A stretch of DNA of 13,362 bases from Lysobacterales bacterium (GCA_022844165.1 JALHMH010000059.1:1-13362); one strand, 5' to 3'; shown: positions 1 through 7,639, numbered from the stretch's first letter. The notes: a model not told the origin generated them from the letters alone. Numbers and translations: made by a program.

Positions 1-1027
1 GCCAAGAATTGACGTACTCAAAAAAACTCTGCCCGAAGTGTGCGTTTAACGTCTGCGAGAGCGTATGCGAGCTGATTTGCAGCCGTGAAGCCAGTTCATG
101 CAGGGAGAGTTCTGGCTCCAGAAATGGCATTTCGGTGGACATCAGTGCATTGAGTCTGGCACCGATTTGCGCCAGTTCCTGTGGGCTGATACCGGACCTG
201 GCGTACTTTGGCGTCGCAGTCGATGCCTTCGGGAGTTCAGTCTCACTGCGGTCCAGGGCCGTCGCAGACGCCAGCAATTGGGTGTGTTCTTGCGCATATT
301 CAGAGGCGGGCGAGGGGCGTTGCGCATTCCAAAGTTGCGGCTGGTTCAGGCCCACATAGCCCATGACGTAAACGGAGATCGCCACGCCAAATTGTCCAAG
401 CAGATCGGCCCACGTCCAGAGAAAAACCAATGAGAGCATCCAAAGCGACCAGAGCACTGCGCATATGCAGAGGAGTTGCACCAGCCAACGCAATTTGTAT
501 CGCTCAGCATTGGAGTATTCAGCCTCCAGCGCACGCCAATAGTGACGCAAAACGAAAATGCTTCGCAGCAGATAACCCAATGTCAGTATGCCGACAGCAA
601 TTAGAAAGGCGCTCGGCCCGCTTTCGGTCATGTGTAAATCGGTCATGATCGTCGCACGGCGCGTAGACAGCGGTGCGAATATCTCAGGAAGCAACAAACT
701 CTGGAGCAAGAAGTACGGCAAGAAATGCAGCAGTATCATGGGAAGTCGCCACGGTTGGCGACCGATCATCGTGCGTACATAGCCGTAACAGAGCGGGCCA
801 ATCGCCAGAATCAAAGCGTCGAACAGCTGATACAGATAGGGCAACTCCAGTATTGCCCTGGTCTGCAACAACACATCGCCGAACACCACGAGCGAAAGTG
901 CTGCCACAAAGCCGCCCAGCCACAGCAGTTGCGACTGACGACGTCGCACCGCCAGCGCGGCCAAAAGCAGCGCCAGCAGCAAACCTTGAATGGCCCCGGC
1001 GCCAATAAGCAAGTTCAGAACAATCAT
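1..1027 (-). CDS. Membrane-anchored AraC-family transcriptional regulator (partial, runs off the left edge)
   Basis: Manual translation from ATG at 1027 is open to base 2 (342 codons): MIVLNLLIGAGAIQGLLLALLL...IGPLCYGYVR...LLHFLPY... Several hydrophobic TM segments are followed by KYARSG...PFLEPELSLHELASRLQISSHTLSQTLNAHFGQSFFEYVNSW, the first helix-turn-helix of an AraC domain. It is absent from the ORF track because there is no stop in the window. An in-frame upstream TGA makes 1027 the most upstream start. Confidence 0.92.
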   Translation of the reverse strand, partial: MIVLNLLIGAGAIQGLLLALLLAALAVRRRQSQLLWLGGFVAALSLVVFGDVLLQTRAILELPYLYQLFDALILAIGPLCYGYVRTMIGRQPWRLPMILLHFLPYFLLQSLLLPEIFAPLSTRRATIMTDLHMTESGPSAFLIAVGILTLGYLLRSIFVLRHYWRALEAEYSNAERYKLRWLVQLLCICAVLWSLWMLSLVFLWTWADLLGQFGVAISVYVMGYVGLNQPQLWNAQRPSPASEYAQEHTQLLASATALDRSETELPKASTATPKYARSGISPQELAQIGARLNALMSTEMPFLEPELSLHELASRLQISSHTLSQTLNAHFGQSFFEYVNSW

Positions 1028-1033
1028 GCCGCC

Positions 1034-1039
1034 ATTATA
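1034..1039 (-). promoter_or_regulatory. Perfect sigma70 -10 box (TATAAT) for the AraC gene; probable leaderless transcript
   Basis: The minus strand reads TATAAT-ggcggc-ATG, a 6-nt spacer with no Shine-Dalgarno sequence. The -35 match is poor. Confidence 0.6.
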
Positions 1040-1210
1040 GATTGCGGCACTTAGCCATCACCCATGTATCGCTTCAGTTCCGGACCTATCGCGTCGCGAG
1101 ACGGTCACGTCAGGTCGTCGATGGCCATGAGCGAGGAAGACCGGTCGACGTTGATTTGTCTTTCGCCTGACTGACCAGATTGGCGTTGCGAACAACGCAA
1201 CGCGGCGTTG

Positions 1211-1276
1211 CGCTTTTCGGACGTTCTCTGCTGACTCGTGCCGCCCTAGGCTGCGCGCCGTCCTGACCGAAAAGCG
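1211..1276. repeat. 10-bp perfect inverted repeat upstream of the operon
   Basis: CGCTTTTCGG (1211-1220) and CCGAAAAGCG (1267-1276) flank a possible -10 box TAGGCT (1247-1252). Confidence 0.6.
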
Positions 1277-1289
1277 TGCATCGTCTGCA

Positions 1290-3422
1290 ATGAAAAGCCG
1301 TTGGCTGTTGCTGGTTCTGATCGTCGTCGCCATCGCGATGTTCTTCGGCTTTGGCCTCGACGACTACTTGTCGCTGCAACGGCTGAAGTCAGAGCAGGCA
1401 GCGCTTGCAGCCTGGATCGCGGACAACGCCGTCATTGCCGCCGCTGCGTACTTCATCGCCTACGTGCTGGTGGCGGCGCTGTCGCTGCCTGGGGCGGCGG
1501 TGATGACGCTCGCGGGCGGCGCGCTGTTCGGTCTTGGATTTGGCACGCTGCTGGTGTCTTTCGCCAGCAGCCTTGGCGCGACGCTCGCCTTCTTCGCCGC
1601 GCGGTTCTTGTTTCGCGATGTGGTGAAAGAGAAGTTCGGCGAGCGCCTGGCGCCAATCGAAGCGGGTGTGGCGCGCGATGGTGCGTTTTACCTGTTCACG
1701 CTGCGCCTGGTGCCGGCGTTCCCGTTTTTCCTGGTGAACCTGTTGATGGGACTGACGCCGATGAAGAGCGGCGTGTTCTATCTCGTCAGCCAGATCGGCA
1801 TGTTGCCGGGCACGGCCGCCTTCGTTTACGCGGGCACGCAGCTGGCTCAAATCGACAGCCTGTCGGGCATATTGTCCCCGGGTTTGCTGGGTGCATTCGC
1901 CATCCTCGGCGTATTGCCGTTGCTGCTGAAGTGGCTGCTCGGTACGCTCGCTGCGCGTCGCGTGTATCGCGGCCACACCAAGCCCAAATCGTTCGACTAT
2001 AACTTGATCGTGATTGGCGCCGGCTCCGCGGGTCTGGTCAGCGCCTACATCGGCGCGGCAGTGAAATCGAAGGTGGCGCTGATCGAGCGGCATCGTATGG
2101 GCGGCGATTGCCTGAACACCGGCTGCGTGCCATCCAAGGCGCTGCTGCGCAGCGCGCGTCTGGTGGCTGAGGCCAAACGCAGCGCGCGTCTGGGCATTCG
2201 CTCGATGCACATCGATATGTCGTTTGCCGAAGTCATGGCCCGTGTGCACAGTGTCATCGCGGCTGTCGCGCCGCACGACTCGGTCGAGCGCTATCGCGGA
2301 CTCGGTGTCGACTGTATCGAGGGCGAAGCGAAGCTGGTGTCGCCGTGGATGGTAACCGTCAATGGCCGGTCGCTGAGCGCTCGTTCGATCATCGTCGCCA
2401 CGGGCGCAAAACCGTTGGTACCGGCCTTGCCGGGTCTGGAAGATGTCGATTACTTGACCACCGATAGCGTCTGGTCGTTACGCGAACAACCGCAGCGTTT
2501 GCTGATCCTGGGCGGCGGCCCGGTGGGTTGCGAGCTGGCGCAAGCGTTTGGGCGCCTGGGCAGTCAGGTGACGCTGGTGGAGATGGCGCCGCGGCTGGTC
2601 CCGCGCGATGAAGACGACGCCAGCGTGGCGCTACGCGCTGCGCTCGAACACGATGGCATCGATATCCGCACTGGCCACAAGGCGCTGCGCTTCGAGCGCG
2701 GTGGCGGCGCCCAGTCGCTGATCGCGCAAGGCGCCGACGGCGAGATCTCGATTCCTTTCGATCGTGTGTTGCTGGCGTTGGGGCGCAAAGCCAATGTCGA
2801 TGGATTTGGCCTGCGCGAACTGGGCGTGGTGTTGAATCAGCGCGGCACGGTGGCCGCAGATACCCTGATGCGCACCAATTTCCCGAACATTGCGGTCTGT
2901 GGCGATGTGACCGGGCCGTTGCAGTTCACGCACGTCGCCGCGCATCAGGCGTGGTACGCGGTGGTTAATCAACTACTCGCGCCGTTCTGGTCGTACCGCG
3001 TCGATATGCGTGTGATTCCCTGGGTGACCTACACTGAACCGCAGGTGGCGCGCGTCGGGCTGTCGGCCGCCGATGCCGAACAACAAAACATCGCTTTCGA
3101 AATCACACGCTACGGCATGGACGATTTGGACCGCGCGATCGCTGATGACACGGCCGAAGGTTTCATTCAAGTGCTTACCGTTCCCGGCAAAGATCGCATT
3201 CTCGGTGCGACGATCGTGCATGCCGAAGCCGGCGAGTTGATCGCCCCATTCGTGCTGGCAATGAAACACAACCTGGGCTTGAACAAGATCCTGGGCACAG
3301 TTCACGCCTACCCAACCTTGATGGAAGGCAACAAATATGTGGCGGGCGCCTGGCGCCGGGCACACGCGCCGATCAAGGCACTGGCCTTCGCAGAACGCTA
3401 TTTCGCTTGGAGACGCACATGA
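1290..3422 (+). CDS. DedA/VTT (TVP38/TMEM64, SNARE-associated) membrane domain fused to a class I pyridine nucleotide-disulfide oxidoreductase (MerA/Lpd-like)
   Basis: The N-terminal ~220 aa are hydrophobic with DedA-type motifs (LPGAAVMTLAGGALFG, GATLAFFAARFLFR, LRLVPAFPFFLVN). Then come the FAD motif IGAGSAG, the redox disulfide GGDCLNTGCVPSK, the NAD motif GGGPVGCE...VTLVE, GDV and C-terminal HAYPTLME. It lacks the MerA C-terminal CC pair, so it is not called merA. Confidence 0.93.
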   Translation: MKSRWLLLVLIVVAIAMFFGFGLDDYLSLQRLKSEQAALAAWIADNAVIAAAAYFIAYVLVAALSLPGAAVMTLAGGALFGLGFGTLLVSFASSLGATLAFFAARFLFRDVVKEKFGERLAPIEAGVARDGAFYLFTLRLVPAFPFFLVNLLMGLTPMKSGVFYLVSQIGMLPGTAAFVYAGTQLAQIDSLSGILSPGLLGAFAILGVLPLLLKWLLGTLAARRVYRGHTKPKSFDYNLIVIGAGSAGLVSAYIGAAVKSKVALIERHRMGGDCLNTGCVPSKALLRSARLVAEAKRSARLGIRSMHIDMSFAEVMARVHSVIAAVAPHDSVERYRGLGVDCIEGEAKLVSPWMVTVNGRSLSARSIIVATGAKPLVPALPGLEDVDYLTTDSVWSLREQPQRLLILGGGPVGCELAQAFGRLGSQVTLVEMAPRLVPRDEDDASVALRAALEHDGIDIRTGHKALRFERGGGAQSLIAQGADGEISIPFDRVLLALGRKANVDGFGLRELGVVLNQRGTVAADTLMRTNFPNIAVCGDVTGPLQFTHVAAHQAWYAVVNQLLAPFWSYRVDMRVIPWVTYTEPQVARVGLSAADAEQQNIAFEITRYGMDDLDRAIADDTAEGFIQVLTVPGKDRILGATIVHAEAGELIAPFVLAMKHNLGLNKILGTVHAYPTLMEGNKYVAGAWRRAHAPIKALAFAERYFAWRRT

Positions 3423-4213
3423 AAATCTACATCGCCATCCTACTGTTCGCGCTGACCGGCAGCGTGGCCGCATTCGACCACGAGCATCGGGCATTCACCG
3501 AACTCCTGGCGCCGCATGTCGCCTGGAACGCCGCTGGAACGAGTACTGGCGTCGACTACGCCGGATTGCAGCGCCAGCGGGCGCCGCTGCGGGAATACCT
3601 GGCGACGCTCTCGGCGGTCGATCAAGCCACGTTCGATGGTTTCACGTTACCCCAGCGTCAGGCATTTCTGATCAACGCGTACAACGCGTACACGCTGGAG
3701 TTGATCCTCACCGCGTACCCGAAACTCGAATCGATCAAAGATCTGGGATCGCTGTTTTCTTCGCCTTGGAAGAAGGCCTTCTTCCGGCTGCTCGGCGAGG
3801 AGCGCCACTTGGACGACGTCGAGCACGGTTTGCTGCGCGGTGCCGAGGACTTCAACGAGCCGCGTATCCACTTCGCCGTGAACTGCGCATCCATTGGTTG
3901 TCCGGCGTTGCGGCCGGAGGCCTTCACCGCTGCGCGATTTGATGCGCAACTCGACGACCAAACGCGTCGATTCCTGCGCGACCGCACGCGCAATCGCTAT
4001 GAGGCGGACGACGATGTGCTGCTGCTGTCGTCGATCTTCGATTGGTACGCCGGCGACTTCGAGACCGGCTGGCGCGGCACCGAGTCGGTGGCGGCATTTG
4101 TCGCGCTGTATGCGGATGCCATCGGCGCCGATCCCGCGCTCGCCGCGCGACTGAAGAGCGACGAGGTGGAGATCGACTATCTCGACTACGACTGGTCGTT
4201 GAATTCGAAATGA
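3419..4213 (+). CDS. Exported DUF547-domain protein (264 aa)
   Basis: ATG at 3419 overlaps the upstream stop (ATGA). It has a signal peptide MKIYIAILLFALTGSVAA and motifs VDY, AFLINAYNAYT, LDDVEHGLLR, EPRIHFAVNCASIGCPAL, LSSIFDWYAGDF, YDWSLN. Confidence 0.92.
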   Translation: MKIYIAILLFALTGSVAAFDHEHRAFTELLAPHVAWNAAGTSTGVDYAGLQRQRAPLREYLATLSAVDQATFDGFTLPQRQAFLINAYNAYTLELILTAYPKLESIKDLGSLFSSPWKKAFFRLLGEERHLDDVEHGLLRGAEDFNEPRIHFAVNCASIGCPALRPEAFTAARFDAQLDDQTRRFLRDRTRNRYEADDDVLLLSSIFDWYAGDFETGWRGTESVAAFVALYADAIGADPALAARLKSDEVEIDYLDYDWSLNSK

Positions 4214-5241
4214 GCGCGCGTGTCATTCTGATCGTGGATGCCAGCCAGGAGGCCCTGCTTCGCGCTGCGTTTATGGGCGCCGGCTTTGCGGTGCGCGTTC
4301 CGACGCCGGACGAGAGCACGCTCGACAGGTGGATCGCGTTGGCGCGTTCAGGCGAAGCCGCGCTGTTCGTCATTGATCCGCGTCGCTTGAATACGGTCAA
4401 TGTCAGTCTCGCTGCCGCTGCCGCGGCCATCCGGTTGCAAATACCAGATGCAGCAGCGGCTGCATCGTTCAGCGACCGCGAACGACCGCTACCGCTGACT
4501 CATAACTGGGCAATCCGGCATGGATTGTTGGGCGCCTTCGGTCGCGTAAGCAAGGCGCAACTCGCACAATCGGCGGAAGCGCTGTTGGAGGCAGCTACGC
4601 GTCGCATCGGCGCGTCATGGCAGCCTGAGCGTGTGCAGCAGTTTGCGCGCGCGCTGTTGACCGTCGATACCGATGCGAATCTTACGCCGACGGCCATGAG
4701 CGACGAATTCGTCGATCGCCTGGCCGATTCGATTCTCGAAGAATGCCTGGCGCTCGGCGATCGACGTTGGCGCCTGAAGTCCTATCCCAGTTGTTTTGTC
4801 GGCATCGATGCGGTCAGCCAGATGGCACGCAAGTTGGGTACTGATCGCGCTGCGGCGACCGCCTTTGGCCAACGCCTGCTTGAACGCGGTTACATCTATC
4901 ACGTCACCGGCGATCAGCCCTTTCGTGACGGCAACTTCTACTATCGGGTGCATCAGATCACTGACCGCCTCAAACGCGTCGATATCGACCAGATCGAACT
5001 GCATCTGCGCAAACGTGTGGCCATCGCCGATCGCACCTGGCGTGGTTTGTCTTTCCCGCGCTGTTTTGTGGGCAGCGACGCGCGCCAGATTTTGATGCGC
5101 GAGGTGGACCTGGGGTTTGCAGAGGCCGTGACATTGGGCCAGGCACTGCTCGAAACCCACGCATTCCGGCACGTGGCCGATGCCCACGATTTTTTTGGCA
5201 CCGACTACTTCTATCGCTTCGTGCCGGAGGTCTACGCATGA
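4210..5241 (+). CDS. Receiver-like N-terminal domain plus two tandem DEP (Dishevelled/Egl-10/Pleckstrin) domains (343 aa)
   Basis: Start moved to ATG 4210 (ATGA overlap). Two 66-aa repeats 90 codons apart (4753-4950, 5023-5220) follow the pattern DRxWR..S[YF]PxCFVGxDA...A...GQxLLE....HV.....F....[FY][YF]YR[VF], matching the DEP consensus. The N-terminus has a beta/alpha receiver-like pattern (VILIVD...LFVID); this part of the call is weaker. Confidence 0.85.
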   Translation: MSARVILIVDASQEALLRAAFMGAGFAVRVPTPDESTLDRWIALARSGEAALFVIDPRRLNTVNVSLAAAAAAIRLQIPDAAAAASFSDRERPLPLTHNWAIRHGLLGAFGRVSKAQLAQSAEALLEAATRRIGASWQPERVQQFARALLTVDTDANLTPTAMSDEFVDRLADSILEECLALGDRRWRLKSYPSCFVGIDAVSQMARKLGTDRAAATAFGQRLLERGYIYHVTGDQPFRDGNFYYRVHQITDRLKRVDIDQIELHLRKRVAIADRTWRGLSFPRCFVGSDARQILMREVDLGFAEAVTLGQALLETHAFRHVADAHDFFGTDYFYRFVPEVYA

Positions 5242-5681
5242 GCCTATGGTTGCTGGTCGCCGCGCTCGCCACTGCTTCACTGGACGAACTCGCATCCGAG
5301 GGTGCTGCCGCGTATCCAGATGCCCCAGTCATTCGCGTCGAACAGGCCGTGGCACGCACGGATGCGCTGCTGCTCGATGCGCGCGGCGCGGAGGAAATGG
5401 CCGTGTCGATGATCGCGGGTGCGATCCCCGCAAACGCGCTCCCGGACGCCATCGGTGATCGCGTCGTGATCGTCTACTGCACGATTGGCGTGCGCAGCGG
5501 CGAGCTGACGCTGGCGCTGCGCAAGCGCGGCATTAATGCCTACAACCTCTACGGCGGCGTGCTCGCCTGGGCGCAGCAAGACGGTGTGTTCGTCGATAGC
5601 GCCGGGCAACCGACGCGCCGCGTGCATGTGTATGGAAAACGCTGGAACCAACTGCCGAAGAGTTTTGAGCCGGTCTTTTGA
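5238..5681 (+). CDS. Rhodanese-like domain protein, probably exported (147 aa)
   Basis: ATGA overlap with the upstream gene. Motifs are LLLDARGAEE..VSMIAGA, the active-site loop IVYCTIGVRS and YNLYGGVLAW. The N-terminus is short and hydrophobic (MSLWLLVAALATA). Confidence 0.9.
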   Translation: MSLWLLVAALATASLDELASEGAAAYPDAPVIRVEQAVARTDALLLDARGAEEMAVSMIAGAIPANALPDAIGDRVVIVYCTIGVRSGELTLALRKRGINAYNLYGGVLAWAQQDGVFVDSAGQPTRRVHVYGKRWNQLPKSFEPVF

Positions 5682-5760
5682 CGGGAACATTTCGAATCCC
5701 GCCAATCCGCTGTCGCAACCTGCGCGGTATGCCGCGCACATCAACCAGGAGAGAGCAACG

Positions 5761-6066
5761 ATGCAAAGTCATACCACCCCGCGCTGGGCCTTGATTGGCG
5801 TGCTTTTTGTCGGTCTGGGCGCTGCTTTCGGCACTTCGGCCTCTGGCACTCTGTCGCCCGGCGGCAGTGTCGACCCCACGGAGCAAGGACGCCGTGTGTA
5901 CCTGAAAAAAATCGCTTGCACAGACTGCCCCGTGCCCGGCGGTGTATCCGACAAGAGCGCGGCGATGACGCTGGTGGAGCGTCTCAACGCCAACGAGTTC
6001 TCGCTTTCGCGCCGCGAGCGCAACGCCGTCGTCAGCTATCTCAATCGCCGCTGGCGCCTGGGCTAA
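5761..6066 (+). CDS. Small exported protein, class I cytochrome c-like pattern but with CxxCP instead of CxxCH (101 aa)
   Basis: SD AGGAG precedes ATG 5761, followed by a signal peptide-like segment and EQGRRVYLKKIACTDCP...LSRRERNAVVSYL. The ORF-track start at 5536 overlaps the rhodanese gene and is rejected. Confidence 0.7.
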   Translation: MQSHTTPRWALIGVLFVGLGAAFGTSASGTLSPGGSVDPTEQGRRVYLKKIACTDCPVPGGVSDKSAAMTLVERLNANEFSLSRRERNAVVSYLNRRWRLG

Positions 6067-6077
6067 GGAATATCAAG

Positions 6078-6908
6078 ATGAGAAAATTATTCGCTGTGGC
6101 TTTGAGTTGTGTGGGGATTGCGCCGGCATTTGCTGTATCGCCGTGGCTGCCGGTCGCTGGCGGACACGAATTCAGCGTCAGCTATATCGATCAAAACGCA
6201 GATCGTTTTTTTGTCGGCGAAAACGAAATGAACTTGCCGGCCGATCTTGAGCTGCGCACCTTTCAGGTGAACTATGCGTATGGCATCAACGACCGCTGGG
6301 CGCTCGATGTTCAGGCCGGTTACGCCGAGAGCGATTTCATCGTCGATCCAGGCCTGGCGCCGCGCGGCGGGCTCGATGGCTTCACCGATGCGCGGATCGG
6401 GTTGCGTTGGCTGGCATTCGATCAATTCGATGGCCGTCCGTTCACGCTGACGTTGGCGGGCGCTGTGCTGATCGAAGGCGACTACGATACCGGCGCGATT
6501 TCTGCTATCGGCGATGGCGCCAGTGGCGGCGAGTTGTCGCTGATCACCGGTCGCAGCTTCGACTCCGGATTTGCCTGGCAGAGCGAGTTGGGTTATCGCT
6601 TCCGCAGCGGCGAGGTGCCGAACGAGTGGTTTTTCAATCGTACTTTGAGCTACGGATTCAATGATCGTATTTCGGGTCGCCTGAGCTGGAACTCAGTCGA
6701 CGGTCGCGGCGATCTGGACATCGGCGGCCCTGGATTCTCGCCAGCCCGTTTTCCAGAGCTCGAAGAGGACTACGATCTATGGCTCGCAGGCGTGAGCTTT
6801 GTGCCCAGCGATACCTGGCTGCTTGGGTTCGATTACGGTCGTAAGTTCGATGGCCGCAACACCGCCAAGAGTGATGTGTTCGCGTTCACTGTCGGCCGGA
6901 GTTTCTGA
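6078..6908 (+). CDS. Outer-membrane beta-barrel protein, putative channel (276 aa)
   Basis: SD TAAGGA precedes ATG 6078, followed by signal peptide MRKLFAVALSCVGIAPAFA. There are many amphipathic aromatic-ended strands (VNYAYGINDRWALDVQAGY, WQSELGYRFR, LLGFDYGRK) and a C-terminal BAM-type signal FAFTVGRSF. Confidence 0.85.
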   Translation: MRKLFAVALSCVGIAPAFAVSPWLPVAGGHEFSVSYIDQNADRFFVGENEMNLPADLELRTFQVNYAYGINDRWALDVQAGYAESDFIVDPGLAPRGGLDGFTDARIGLRWLAFDQFDGRPFTLTLAGAVLIEGDYDTGAISAIGDGASGGELSLITGRSFDSGFAWQSELGYRFRSGEVPNEWFFNRTLSYGFNDRISGRLSWNSVDGRGDLDIGGPGFSPARFPELEEDYDLWLAGVSFVPSDTWLLGFDYGRKFDGRNTAKSDVFAFTVGRSF

Positions 6909-7639
6909 TGCGCACCGTCGCCGTTATTCCGGCGCGCGATGAGGCGCAGGTGATCGGGCGCGTGGTTGGCGACTTGCTCAGCGCGCGGCGGGGACGCCGC
7001 GCGTTGGTCGATCGCGTCATCGTCTGCGACAACGGTTCGGTCGATGGCACCGGCGCGGTTGCCGCAGCCGCTGGAGCATTGGTGGTGCGCGAGGAGCGCC
7101 GAGGTTATGGCGCCGCCTGTTTGCGCGCGCTGCGCGAGATCGGCGATGCCGAGGCCGTATTGTTCGTCGACGGCGATGGTTCGGTGCGTGCCGAGGACGC
7201 CTGGGCGCTGCTGCTTGCCCTCGATCAGGGTGTCGATCTGGCCCTTGGTCAGCGCCCGCTGGAATGGGTGGAACCCGGCGCCATGACGCCGCCGCAAGTG
7301 GCAGGAACGCGTTTTGCGGTCATGCTGATCCGCTGTTTGTTCGGCTATCGATTCGCTGACCTGGGTCCGCTGCGCGCGATCCGGCGGGCGTCGCTCGAGC
7401 GATTGCATATGGCGGACGCGGCTTACGGTTGGACCGTCGAGATGCAAGTCAAAGCGCTGCTCCACGACCTGCGCATCGTCGAATTGCCAGTGCACACCGA
7501 TAGACGCGTAGGGTTGAGCAAAATCAGCGGCACCTGGCGCGGCGTGATTGGCGCAGGATGCGGCATCATCGGCATGACGCTGAAACTGCGCATCGGCGCC
7601 TGGGTCGACGCGTTGCGGCGGCGCTCGCTCGCCGCGTGA
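6908..7639 (+). CDS. GT2 family glycosyltransferase, DPM1/polyprenol-phosphate glycosyltransferase-like (243 aa)
   Basis: TGATG overlap with the upstream gene. Motifs are VIPARDEA, VIVCDNGSVDGT, RGYGAAC, a DxD motif (FVDGDGS), DLGPLRAIR, GWTVEMQVKA and SKISGT. Confidence 0.92.
   Translation: MRTVAVIPARDEAQVIGRVVGDLLSARRGRRALVDRVIVCDNGSVDGTGAVAAAAGALVVREERRGYGAACLRALREIGDAEAVLFVDGDGSVRAEDAWALLLALDQGVDLALGQRPLEWVEPGAMTPPQVAGTRFAVMLIRCLFGYRFADLGPLRAIRRASLERLHMADAAYGWTVEMQVKALLHDLRIVELPVHTDRRVGLSKISGTWRGVIGAGCGIIGMTLKLRIGAWVDALRRRSLAA

Noticed and set aside
9-1054. ORF-track ORFs at the left end (9-359, 98-433, 430-648, 673-1008, 725-1054, 684-923, 811-1005 and others)
   Set aside because: They are shadows or alternate frames of the minus-strand AraC gene (1027 to <1).
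1040-1180. Small ORF or gene remnant in the divergent intergenic region
   Set aside because: No frame gives a recognisable protein or a good ribosome-binding site.
1290-3422. Calling the reductase merA or lpdA
   Set aside because: It has no C-terminal CC pair, no mer genes nearby, and Tyr in place of the Lpd catalytic His.
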